From the NCBI GenBank assembly GCA_028534125.1, contig CM052817.1, positions 78,246,001 through 78,310,000 on the forward strand: a DNA stretch of 64,000 bases. The letters are read 5' to 3'. Position 1 is the first letter of the stretch. Every line of letters starts with the position of its first letter. The translations under genes were made by a program, and so were the position numbers. The notes under the pieces were generated by a model. The model saw only the letters and a list, made by a program, of their open reading frames with translations. It did not search any database and was not told the origin of the DNA. This document shows positions 1 through 11,640 of the stretch, one piece after another. This stretch comes from Lama glama. Its lineage: Eukaryota.

Positions 1-280
1 CATTCTTCTGCCTCATATTTTACCAGTTGGTGGTTTTCATTTTCTCCTGATCTTAAAGGGCCGTGACAGTGCATGTAATAGTCGGGGGCTGGTCAGGGAA
101 ACCGGACCCCTCTAGACGGTTCAACAGGAAGTGCTTAAATAAAAGGAGATAGAGGCTTGTGAGCGGAGGTCGAGTGAGTGTCAGAGGGGCCACTTTTACC
201 CAGTTCGAAACTGCCGAGACCACAGGAAAACCACCACCAACTGCCAATAGTGTCAAAGCGAACAATCCTCAGCAAGACTC

Positions 281-460
281 CCGAACTCCAAGCACGCACC
301 CAGGCCGCAGGACGAAGCCCGCACCCCGACCGCAGCCGCCGCTCGCAGGGTCACGCCGCGTCCCCTCAGCGGCTCCGCAGGCCCCCGCCAGGGCCGCTCG
401 CCGTCAGAGGCCTCCGGAGCCTGCCGGCCAGGGGGCCTGGGAACGCACTTCCCCGGCTTT
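281..460. promoter_or_regulatory. Small CpG-island-like patch
   Basis: About 23 CpGs in 180 nt counted by eye, very GC-rich against an AT-rich, CpG-depleted background. Confidence 0.5.
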
Positions 461-544
461 CACCCTTCAGTGTGAGCAGGGCTTAGAAAGATGAGGATAT
501 TCGTACCAAGGCATGATATGTGGCCCAGTGTCACTTTTTGAAAA

Positions 545-940
545 AATTGAACAGCAGAGATTTATTGCCGCAGTTCTGGAGGCTAGAAGCTGAAATCAAG
601 GTGTTGACCGAGCTGCCTCTTTCTGAGGACTGTGCCAGGGAATCCGCTCCAGGCCTCTCACCCAGCTCCTCGTGGCTCGCTGGCAGTCTTTGGTGCTTGT
701 TGGCTCGTAGAAGCAGCACCCTAACCTCTGTCTTCATCTTCACATAGCTTTCTCCCTGTGTGCATGTTTGTGTCCAAATTTCCCCTTTTTCTAGGAGGTC
801 AGTTTTATTGGGCTCACCCTAATGACCTCATTTTAACTTGACCACCTCTGTAAAGACCTATCTCCAAATAAAGTCTCATTTTAGAGGGTTAGGACTTCCA
901 AGATACGAATTTTAGGGAGGATACAGGTCAACCCATAGCA
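545..940 (-). mobile_element. MaLR LTR, MLT1B/C-like
   Basis: Recognisable motifs: cagttctggaggctagaag..aaatcaaggtgttg, aatgacctcattttaacttg, tctccaaataaagtc, ending caacccatagca. Confidence 0.75.
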
Positions 941-1300
941 GTTATCTACTACTATGTAACAAATTACTCTAAAATTTAGTGTCTTAAATAAATAATGTAT
1001 TATCTCCCATGGTTTCTGTGAGTCAGGAGTTTGGGAGCAACGTGGCTAGACAGTTTTGGCTTGAGATCCCTCATGAGTTTGCCGTCAGATAACAGTCAGG
1101 GCTGCAGTCATCTTAAGGCTTGGCTGGGCTTGAGGGATCCACTTTCAAGGTGACTCACTCACATGGCTACTGGCAGGACGTCCCAGTTCCACTCCACCTA
1201 GACCTGTCCACAGGGTTGCCTGAGCGTCTGGGCAGCATGGTGGCTGACTTCCCCCAGAGCTAAGGATCCGAGAGACCAAGATGGAAGTTACCGTGCCACT
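941..1300 (-). mobile_element. MaLR LTR, MLT1F/H-like
   Basis: tatgtaacaaattactctaaaatttagt..tttctgtgagtcaggagtttgggagc..ttcaaggtgactcactcacatggct, typical of older MLT1 LTRs. Confidence 0.7.
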
Positions 1301-2699
1301 TCACTGGGTGTTACGTTGGTCTGGGTAGTGTGGCTTCTCAGCTGGTCTCTACAAGCATATTTTGCTCCTTGTATTGATGTGATCTCAGTGTCTTTGTCGG
1401 GGAACAAGGGCCTGAAACTTCCTAGTTTGTCATCTTGTTTCCAGTGTCACTTTTATAACCCAACTACAAAAATATTTTCAGTAAGTACTTATTAAATTGA
1501 ATTGAATTTCCTTGGCAGTCCTTGCCTTAAAAACACTTATAAAAAACTAGGGAAGAAAAATTCACACTGGAATTAGAATATTGTAGCCAAATGAACTATA
1601 TAAAATTGAATGTAAAAGAAAATGTGCGGTCTGGTGGTGGTGGTAGGGGGAAACCTACCATTCTTTATAGATGATTTCAACTTGGTATTATTACCACTGA
1701 ACACTTCCTGATGGAGCTCATGGGTAAGGGTTAAGAAACTAGAGATAATGTATGTTTTTACTCGATAAAAATAAAATTACATCAATATTATCACCTCATT
1801 AAGTCTGATTCCATGTTCAAATGTCACAGGTAACCAAAGCAAGCTCTCCCCTCGATGGCTTAAATGCAGACAGTGTTCAACATTCATCTTAAATAGTAAA
1901 ACTTAAGCCCAAGGATATTCCTTTATGACTTTGGACTTTGGAGAGATTCATATTTCAGCCCAAAGCGGGGTATTATTGATTGATTTACTACTGCAAAGAG
2001 ATTTCCTTATTTCTCAAATCCATTAATAGAATGTTAGAATTAAAAAGCCTAACTTTTCAACCTATTATCATAAATTGTCCTAGGCAAGATTTAAGTCCAT
2101 AGTCAGGTGAGTCAACTTTTTATTCCTTAGAATAATGGAATTAACAGACACGGATAATGATCATCGCTTGCAGTGTCTTTAATTAAAATACAAACATGTG
2201 GTCTTGGATACTTATAAGCTGTGATTCCTTGCCTTGAAAGAATTCATCAAGAAGAGGATAAGTGAGAAAAGAAATGAGTGAAGACAGAGAAGGAGGGAGA
2301 AAGAGAGTAAAAGAGGGTGTGAAGCTAGGGAGGAATGGGACAGTAAATGAAAAAGCAAATAAGGGAGTAACGAGGAGGAAAGGAAGACGAGGAGGCAAGA
2401 TGGTGTAGGACTATCATAAAGATTTAGTTACTCCACCAAAAAAACTGCAGGAAGTTCCAGGGAAATGTTCCCTATTATGATGTGTTATATGTCACATAAG
2501 TTAGTAGATAGATAACTAGATAGTGGTAGAATATTAACCATTATTCTGGATCTCTCGTTCAGTGAGTCATCATTTGACGTAGTGGAAGGCATTGAAACAT
2601 GTTTGACTGTAGAAAAAAAAATACATAGAAAAATATTTCCCATTTTGCTTCAGCTGTACCAGTTTTAGGTGAATGTTTCAATAAATTTGACAATAGGTC

Positions 2700-3012
2700 T
2701 TTTAGATATAGCTTCAGAAGTGATTATTGAAGACATATCAATATTGTAAAACAGAAGATGTTTATCGTTCATGTCTTTAAATATTTTACTTCCTATCTAC
2801 CTTCATAATTTGACAGAAATGAGTCAAATGTCATAACATTTGGAATAAAATGATGGAAGACATTTTCCTACCACATAACACATGTAGGATATTGTACTTA
2901 CGTTAATCGGATCCATCTTCCAAATAAGGCAAATAAGTGCATTGACACATTTGACTCACATTTGTCTTATTAATGCATCTTTAGAAAACATGTCCAATAA
3001 GCTGTATCTAAG
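2700..3012. repeat. Degenerate ~310-bp inverted repeat (foldback, MITE-like)
   Basis: Nested complementary blocks: 2702-2714 with 2999-3011 (12/13), 2820-2831 with 2947-2958 (12/12), and inner tcctac...gtagga. Confidence 0.65.
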
Positions 3013-3729
3013 CATATTTTTTCCACATGGGGATTTAGACTAAAATACAAACAACAGTAATTGTGCCAACAAGGCAAAAATTCTTAAAGTGGAAGGCGGC
3101 TTGGGACCGTCCAAGAGGAGTTTACAAACCCCACCCACCCAGATAAGGGCTGGAAGTGGGTCTGTGTTCAGAGAGGAGAGAGGGCCCTGTGCTGATGAAA
3201 TAAACCACAGTACTTAACGCTGTTTCATTTAGACTGTAAATGTGGGCAGATAATGTGGGCTAGAAACATTATTTCATCCGTGGGGCATGTGGTAATTATA
3301 TCCACCTTAAAGCACTTCTGCTAATCACACGCACACGCGCTCGGCTTTGCCGTGGATGGGTAGAGCTGACACCCAGGGGCGCCGCACAGATTTGGGTACA
3401 TCAGCACATCTCTCGCTGCGTGTGTCGCCTACCTGGGGGCTGCCGCAGCTCCTCTCAAATGGCTTCTCCTCCCCCCTACTCCCTGCACAGCCGATTACAA
3501 CATAAACACAGCACGAGAAGAGAAGTTTATAGTTTCAGGAGAGGAAGCCAGTCTGGCCGTTTTTATCAAGGATTGTTTCCCCTGAGCTTAGTCTAAATTG
3601 GGCAATCTGAGTAGTTAGCTGGCACGGCCACTGACATAAAAGCCTATGGCAGAGCAGGATTAGTGACTCAAACTCAAACAAAAGCAGGCCCTGGGTATTG
3701 GGCCACCCCACAAGGTTGTCTTAAGTGGC

Positions 3730-3920
3730 TACCATGTGTTACACCCATACTAGGTGTTTTAAGTGTACTTTTTCTTTAAATCTTCACAATCCCCCTTTGT
3801 GAATAAATAATTATCTGTACTTATACCAGTGAGAAAACTGAGATTCATAAAGGATAAGTAACTTGCCTAGAATCAGGATTCAAATCCTGGACAATTCAGA
3901 ACCTCGGCTACCTCCACTGC
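3730..3920 (-). mobile_element. MIR SINE
   Basis: MIR core-like text: aatcttcacaat..gagaaaactgagattcataaaggataagtaacttgcct..caggattcaaatcc. Confidence 0.65.
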
Positions 3921-4694
3921 ACTCTGGGCCATATTAGGAGCCATAAGAATTGAAAAAGTAATTATGCCCCACTGTCTCTAACCACCACCATAACATGTAG
4001 CTCAGAATAAAATAATATTTTAAAAAATATCACAAGATTACAATGTAAGCCTAAATTGAAAATACTTCAATTCAAATCTGTTTGTAAATCCTGGATAAAT
4101 TCATTGACTGTGGGCTTTTCAGAGTGTTTCCACTCAGTTCCCCTGTTTGCTGGTGCCCTGAGGGAGTGCCGGGCAGCCAGGTGGGGAATCTGGCATTGGC
4201 TCTCCCCTGTCGCTGTCTTCAGGGAAGACGTCTTCATGTACCACTGAGAAGACAGACACTCCTAAGCCTTGTGTTCTCACTGGTGTTTTCGCCTTTTCTG
4301 CCTCGAGAGTCAGTGGAAGTCACATTTGGTGTGCTTATTTTGAAGCTCGCCCAAATCCCTGTGGGGCTTAAAGAGATTAAGCCCTTGTGATAGCCAGATT
4401 GTTGGTATTTAATGCTCCATTACTCACCCTTCTGCGGGGGCCCAGAAAGCAGGTTGGCAGACAGCGATGCGGACACAAGTCCAGTTGTGAGGCTTTTCAG
4501 TGCCAGATGTGTCAGAGTGACCCCTGAATGGGAAGCATGTGCTTTCCAGGAACGTGATGGGGAGAAGTCCATACGTTTGCCTTGTCTTAATGTTCTGTTT
4601 GGCCATTACAGGATCAAAGGCCAGATGATTTTCACAGGCACTGTGCCATGTGCCCTTTCTCAAACCAAATGCTGGTGAGAGATATTTTTGGTGG

Positions 4695-5216
4695 TACTGG
4701 GAGACACTTCTCCATGTGTCCCCTGCATTTCCACATGTCTTATAAACAGAGGCATGGACTCCCTTTGTTCTGGAATATCTTTTCAAAGACGTTAGTTTAG
4801 CAAACAGCCCAGAAGAGAGAGATCATGCTCCCTCCTAAGGAAAGGGCAGGTTTGATTACTGTTCAGTATGTCCAGTGTAATAAAAGCAGTGTCTCCCTCT
4901 GGAGCTAAGCAGGCAGACTTCCTGCCCGTTATAAAAGATTTGGTTTCCCTAAACTCAGGGTTTCTCTTTCCTAACACAACTTTGTGCACATGCAGGTGTC
5001 ACCTGGCCTTCTTCACATTGTCCATCTGACACGGGGGTCAGGCACTGAGGCAAAAAGTATGCTACCTGGCTATTGCTCTTGTTATGAGTAATAAACAATC
5101 TTTTGTTTCTGACCCAAGAGTCTTGGATCTTCTGCCAACATCCATGAACCTGGTAGGGTAATTTGTTACCTTGTAAGTAAAGGGTTAAAATTTCAGACCC
5201 TTCAGAGTTCTTGACA
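4695..5216 (+). mobile_element. Near full-length solo ERVL-class LTR (LTR40-like)
   Basis: Starts tactgggagacacttctccatg and ends cagagttcttgaCA. TATAAAA at 4930-4936 and AATAAA at 5090-5095 are in LTR order. Resembles the recalled LTR40 consensus. Confidence 0.7.
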
Positions 5217-6012
5217 GATCATTTTCAGGTCTTACCATTTTATAAAGGCATATGTGTTATATGTTTGAATATGTGTATGTAAGTATTCATTTACCTACCT
5301 GTATGTTTGTATGTGTAATAAAACTATATTGTTATATATAAACGTCTACACAAAAATCTCATTTTGTAATTTTTAATGTGACAGCTACATTTTCATCACT
5401 TGAAAAAAAGTGCCTTCTTTTTTAGACCTATTTATAAAGACAGAACTCAGAATCATATTCAATCCTTTAAAAACTATTTATTCTCCAGGTGCATTTATTA
5501 CCAATTAGCATGGCAATGACTAGTCCCTGAGCTTCAAAGAGAAGGAAACAATGGACTTTTTTTGGTCAAAACTGCATAGCAAATAAATGCTCTTTTAAAT
5601 TGTGCATTAGCAAGTCCATTATAATTTTGTCGTAGGCTATTTTTGTTTATCTTAGAAAAGATGTGGTGTATTGGTGCGAGTGGTGATGATAATGAATGTA
5701 GTTATAATAGTGAACATGATGTCTCTTAGCTCCAGAAAACTTTGAAACCTCAAAAAAGGTTTTGTGGGATAAAATTACGCTGTCATAGAGTGAGGACAGT
5801 GAAAGACGACGTCTACTCCGAAGCCCTAGACGGCATCTGAAGCCCCTCTAGAAGATCACTGAATACAAATTGTCCATCACATGCAGCTCCAGAAAGAGAA
5901 AAGTCGTTCTCTGGAAGCACCCCCATTCAAATATTTGATGGACAAAATTTTTTGAATTCTTTATCATATTGAAGGAATATTTGTTTCCTGAATTTCACAT
6001 CTGCTTCTGCTT

Positions 6013-6157
6013 ATTTTTGTTTGTTTTGTTTGTTTTTTGGGGGGTGTTATTATGTTTGTTTGTTTGTTTGTTTGTTTTTAGAGGAGGTACCAGGATTGAA
6101 CCTAGGACCTCATGCATGCTAAGCATGCACTCTGTCATTTGAACTATACCTACCCCT
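6013..6157 (-). mobile_element. tRNA-Ala-derived SINE (camelid Vic-1-like) with 16-bp target-site duplication
   Basis: Head with A-box-like and B-box (GGTTCAATCC) motifs and a TTAGCAT anticodon loop, followed by an (AAAC)n tail. Flanking direct repeats acatctgcttctgctt (5997-6012) and acatccgcttctgctt (6159-6174). Confidence 0.85.
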
Positions 6158-6384
6158 GACATCCGCTTCTGCTTCTGATAAAACCAAATTTCTACTAATG
6201 GATTCCAACATCATTGCTGACATTCACCAGTTTGTGAAATCTATCTAACACCTAAAACATCAGTTTCCTCATCTGTATAACAGGCACAAATACTGGCCAT
6301 TTCCTTGCCTAAGTTGAAGGTAAAATGAGCTTTAACACATAGAAAGTGCCCAGGAGGTAGAGGTTATAGCTATTACTCACCTTC

Positions 6385-6570
6385 ATTTTTTAACCTTTTT
6401 AAAATTGAAGTATACAGTTTACAATGTTGTGTTAGCTTCAGGTGTACAGCAGTGATTCAGTTTTATATATATAAATATATATATAATATATTATATATAT
6501 ACATGCTTTTTCAGGATACTGTCATTCCCTGTGCTGTACAGGAGGTCCTCGTCGCTCACCTTCACTTTAT
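6385..6570 (-). mobile_element. L1 3' end fragment containing a (TA)n-like tract
   Basis: aattgaagtatacagtttacaatgttgtgttagcttcaggtgtacagc..ttccctgtgctgtaca, typical of a laurasiatherian L1 3' terminus. Confidence 0.7.
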
Positions 6571-7887
6571 GGCATGCTTGCAGGTGACAGCATTGTCATT
6601 TCTTAGTGGTGATGTTGGGGTGATGGTTTGGTCCAGTGTGTACCACATTACAATGTATCTCACTCCATTCCTAGATCACATCCACCCACTTTCACATTAA
6701 AACAGTCTTGGTTTTAATATTCTGTGGGTTATAGTTTTTGGTTTAGTTTTGGTTTAAAGATAGTATGAGATTTCCCTATGGAAATGGGTTTTTCTCTCTA
6801 CTTTTAGACAAGTTATTAAGTTAATATTAGGACCCTCCACTAGGGAATACCTTTGTTCAGTCTGTCACTCTTGTGTGGCTCCTTATAAAGCATCTTAGGT
6901 TTCTAAGCTTTAAAAAAAGGAAGAAAAACATTTAATTATTGTAGTTAGGTTCACATTTTTACTGAAGAAATAGAACTTTAGAGCTATACACCTCAGGTGA
7001 CTAGAATCTCACCAATCTTTATGCTTGACTACACATTTATTTTGAATGTGAAGAGAGTTTATATTTGAATGTGCCCTCAGTCTCTTAAATATTTTGAATA
7101 GGGGTACCAATACACCTCCATTCATTCGGAAGACACATACATATCCTACCATACTAACATATACATTATAAAATACATAAAACTATGAATCTTAGAGGAT
7201 TTTGAAATTTAAGTATAAACTTTAATTTATTAACTATAGTTAATGACAGTGGATGTAAATCCTTATTTCACATAATCTTCATAATTTCAAACTGCTGTGG
7301 CCGTTATGTCAGAAGATCTGATTAGATAAGGGTTGTTCTTATCTTGTTATGTGGTTGACAACGAAACAATAAAAATAGGTGTCAGCATTACTATTTCTTT
7401 GTTGGTTGTTTCTACCTGCATTGTTGGTATTATTATTAATCCGTGATTTATTTATAGAGATTTTTTAAGGCATGTTTTCATTTTGTGAGGTACAGTAATC
7501 AAAACTGGAATAACAGTCCATCAATCTGGTTAAGTACATGCCTGGCAACAGGCTGAAAGCAAACGTGTGCGTGAGAACCCGAGATGAATCTCTCCACGAT
7601 GTGGAAATCTCACTTCACCTACTTTATGTGACATGTGACCTTCCCATGTATGGACTGAGTAAGGAGACTCGTGCAGTCTCTGTATTGAAAATGAATTAGG
7701 CTTTTTCTTTTTTTTTTACAGTTGAGTCATCTATCAATAGAAATTGTAATACTGTCTTGCAACTCCAGGGAGTCATGTTTCTTACGTTCGTGCATGCTCT
7801 GGAGATCCTGTATTGCATTACACAGGGATCTCTGACTTATTAAGGCATAGAACTTGGAAGTGTACCGTCTGTGTACAAACTCCCACC

Positions 7888-8010
7888 TTTTTGTTTGTTT
7901 TTGGAGGAGGAGTAATTAGGTTTATTTATTTGCTTGTTTGTTTGTTTTTAATGGAGGCACTGGGGATTGAACCCAGGGCTTCACGCATGCTAGGCACACA
8001 CTACCACTGA
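7888..8010 (-). mobile_element. tRNA-Ala-derived SINE (Vic-1-like), 5' end degraded
   Basis: B-box ggggattgaacccaggg on the plus strand and a taattaggtttatttatt tail. Possible TSD cccacctt at 7882-7889 and 8015-8022. Confidence 0.8.
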
Positions 8011-8499
8011 CGCGCCCACCTTCCATAGAAAGAAGATGCCTGAGTTACATCGTCGTTTGGGAGGAGGCTGGTTACACTGAGGCTACAGCTTAGACTGGGA
8101 GCTGCAAGACCTACAGCTGCAGAACCAGTGAAAGGAATGTGTACACCATGGAATCCGACCGACACAGGCAACTCGCTTAGGCGTTTCAAGCTAACAAACC
8201 AACCTCCTAGCGATCTGGTTGACTTATGAAGTCCACCTACACTGGCAAAATGCACTGCAGATAAATTGTCACGGTCACCTGTTATCTGGGGACCGTACTG
8301 GTTATAGGAGGTGACACAACACTGCATGATGAGAAACCAGAAAAATGGATGATTTGGGGGATGTCTCGTGGTGTGGGATTTGTCCCAGAAACTCACTTTC
8401 TGAAGTGCTCCTCTGAGTAGCAATTTAGAACATACATTAATTCAGTAGTAGCTGAGCAAAAGTGATCAAGATTTCCCAGGGCACTGAGGTTCCAGATTG

Positions 8500-9160
8500 T
8501 TTCTCAAAGGGTTGCATCAATTAAAGTCATCTTTTTGGTCAGCTGTGACCCATGATTAATTGGAGTGATCCAAATTCCTGCAAGCCTTGTGTCACACACT
8601 TCTTTGCTTCCCCATCTGTTTTGTCCAAAGTGTTGACCAACAAGCTCCACTTGCTGTACCTCATCAGAGTTAGAGTAAATGTCTCACTATGGGTTGGAAA
8701 GAAACACTGAAGACGTCAGAAATAATGATGCATAAGCCAGTGGCAAACACAGTGATTTAGTAAAGAGACAAGCTGAGGAGCAGACAAAAGGGAGACCTAA
8801 TTAAGTTGCATTCTCTTCAGTAGTGTGTGAAATGCAAAGATCTACTAGCTCGAACCAATTTACATGTAAATGTTGAATCTTATACCCACCAGAATCCGAA
8901 GCAGGTAGACTGCTTTACCTTTAAAAGAAACTGACAACTGATCAACCAAATAAGATTTAAAAACATTAGGGGAAATTAAAAATGAATGTATGGAGGAGAA
9001 TGATGGGAATTTATTCACTGATGTGGAGCCTCTTAGAATGAAACTTTTTATTTTCATCTTTTTAAAACAAGAAAATCCCACATTATCCAGCAGATGATGC
9101 ATAGAGAATTATTGTCCATCTCAGGCTTTTTGAGGTTTTCAGTCACTTAATACTCTTAAC
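8500..9160 (+). mobile_element. Possible highly decayed hAT (Charlie-like) transposase relic
   Basis: Collinear degraded peptides LIGVIQIPA (~8556), VTHFFASPSVLSKVL (8591), FKRN*QL (8920) and KQENPTLS (9065) loosely resemble hAT motifs GLV..IK, THCxxHxxxLxxKxL, FxxKLxLW and EYPxLS. Confidence 0.35.
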
Positions 9161-10206
9161 TAACTTCCATCAAACATTTCCACAGATAAAATCCTTTCTA
9201 AGCCACCTAAATCCTTGTTGGAATATATGGAAGATTTATAAAAAATGAAGATGTTATACTTTGCAGCCTTATATCAATGCTGCCAACGTGCATATCCACA
9301 GCCCCCTGGCCACCCTCACGTCCCGGGTGTGGATGACTTCATGCTATAGGGAACTTTTGCATTTTGCTAGGTGTTTGTGGTATTTTCAGAATTGGCGCTG
9401 CCCCCTTAAGATGCAGCAAATGTACTGCTCAGTGATAAAATTTATTTCTCAGGAGTTCTGTGGGTTTTGTTTGAATCTGCTAGTTGTACTGAAATGGCAA
9501 AGAAATAGTGAAAATAGTTCTCAAAGACTTTTCAGTATGGGAAATAAGATAATCAAAATAATTATAGTTAATGTGCAAGTTGATAATAGTTGCTATTCTA
9601 GGGGAAATTTTATTTGGAACCACTGAGGTGTGTTAATGATTCAGACTTTCTGCAGCAGGCAGCTGGACAGATTGCAACTGACCACGGGCTTGTAGCAGGA
9701 AGACTCTGGACAAACATGTAAGTAGATTAATTACAATGAAAAACCAATAAATCAAATTGAATAAGGCTTTCCATTTTACTCTTCAGAAGGTTTCCTGTTA
9801 TTTTGAAATGCACTGTCTTTAAGTGGAAGAGAGAAATACTGTCTCCCTGCAGAGTTTTCCTGCAGGGAGATTAACCAGAGCTACTGCTCAGGACCAGCAG
9901 TAACTTCTCCTACAGCATATATTTTATAGGAAAAATAAATCTGGAGAGTCTTGGATATTTAGTTGAATTTCCCAAAATAAACCCCTGAATGAATGAGTGA
10001 GATTTGAAGCATCTCACTCTCTCTTTTTACAGCCTTTGAGAAAGTTTAAAATTAAAACTGGAAGGGGTGTGGCTAGAGGTTAAAGTCAGAAAGCAGTTCT
10101 TATTCAGTCCATTCAATACCTCTTTATCGAATATACATTATGGACCAGTTATTATTCTAATTGAGCCTAACTTTATCTTATATACAAATATAAATCATTT
10201 TGCATA

Positions 10207-10420
10207 TTTTTTTTTAATTGAAGCATAGTCAGTTCCAGTGTGTCCATCTCTGGTGCACATTACAATGTCCCAGTCATGCATATACATACATATATTTGTT
10301 TTCATATTCTTTTTCTTTAAAGGTTATTACAAGATATTGAATGCAGTTCCCTGTGCTCTACAGAAATTTGTTTATCTATTTTTATGTATAGTAGTTAATA
10401 TTTGCAAATCTTGGACTTCC
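10207..10420 (-). mobile_element. L1 3' end fragment
   Basis: Poly-T, then aattgaagcatagtcagtt..ggttattacaagatattgaatgcagttccctgtgct. Confidence 0.75.
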
Positions 10421-10639
10421 AACTTTAGCATAGTTTTAATATATACTGAATTTTCCTGGAACATGGCTACCATTTGAAATACGATTGCTTGTTTTGTTCT
10501 TTGTTCTGAAGTTTTCCCAAAGCTGCTCACCATTTCTAAAAATCAGATTGAAGATGGCAGTGCTACTCATAGCCTTTCACTCACCCACACAGCACCCCTG
10601 GCTCAGTCTGTATCTGTGCATCTACTCACCTGATTCCAC

Positions 10640-11640
10640 CTGGATATCCAATTATTCCAGCACCATTTGATGAAAAGACAGCCCTCTCTCTGCTGAATTT
10701 CCTTTGCACCTTTATGGGAAAGCAATTGTCCCTGTATATGTGGGACCATTTCTGGGCTTTCTGTTTTTTTCTGTTGATCTATTTATCTAATACTTCAGTC
10801 AATACTGTATATTTTAACTACTATAGCTTGAAATTAGATAGTGGCAGTCTATCAATTTTTAATTCTTTTTCAAGATTGTCTCAGCTATTCTTGATCATTT
10901 GCATTTCTATATGACTTTTAGAATCACCTAATTGGTTTCTCAAAAAAATTTTTTTTGTCTTGATTGTGTTGAATCTGTAGATCAGCTTAGGAAAAAATAA
11001 CATTTTGACAATATTTAGTCCTATGACCCATAAGCAAAGTATATTTCTTCGTTTATTCAGGTATTTAAGCTTTTTCACAGCAATGTTTTGTAGTTTACAT
11101 ATCTTGCCAATTTTTATTTGGTTTATCCCAAAGTATTTTGTATTTTTGATGTTGTTTTAAATGCATTTGTTTTATTTTAATTTCTTGTTGTTCATTCCTA
11201 GTGTATGGAAATAGAATTGGTCTTTGTATAATGATCACAACCTCGCTAATCACACTTATTAGTGAGTTGCTTTTTGTAGGTTCTATCAGGTTTTCAACAT
11301 AGATAACCATGCTATCTGTGAACAACACTGACCAGAACCTCCAGTACAATGTCCGGTAGAAGTGGTAGGAGGAGACATCAGTCCTATTGCTAACCTCATG
11401 GGAAAGCATCTGTCTTTCACCATGAAGTATGATGCTAGCTATTGATCTTTGCTTATGAGCTATATTTGGTTGAGAAAGTCCCCTTCTATTCTTAGTTTGA
11501 CAAGAATTTTTATCAGTTGTTGATGTTGAGTTTTGTCAAATGCTTTTTCTGTGTCTACTGAAACGATCATTTTTCTTTTTTACTTCATTAACATCGTGAA
11601 TTACCTTGATTTTCAAATATTAATCCAACCTTGCATCCCT
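10640..11640 (-). mobile_element. Decayed L1 ORF2 (reverse transcriptase region) fragment
   Basis: ORF-track peptides [31 protein letters not shown] and LFTDSMVIYVENL resemble L1 ORF2 [31 protein letters not shown] and LFADDMIVYLENP. Frameshifted, catalytic FADD mutated to FTDS, short internal deletion near 11330. Confidence 0.9.

Noticed and set aside
159..494. Overlapping Pro/Arg/Ala-rich ORFs of 102-111 aa
   Set aside because: GTG starts, low-complexity composition expected from GC-rich DNA, no recognisable domain or splice structure.
2255..2400. GA-rich purine tract as H-DNA or a regulatory element
   Set aside because: Low-complexity sequence without a clear mirror repeat; common in mammalian DNA.
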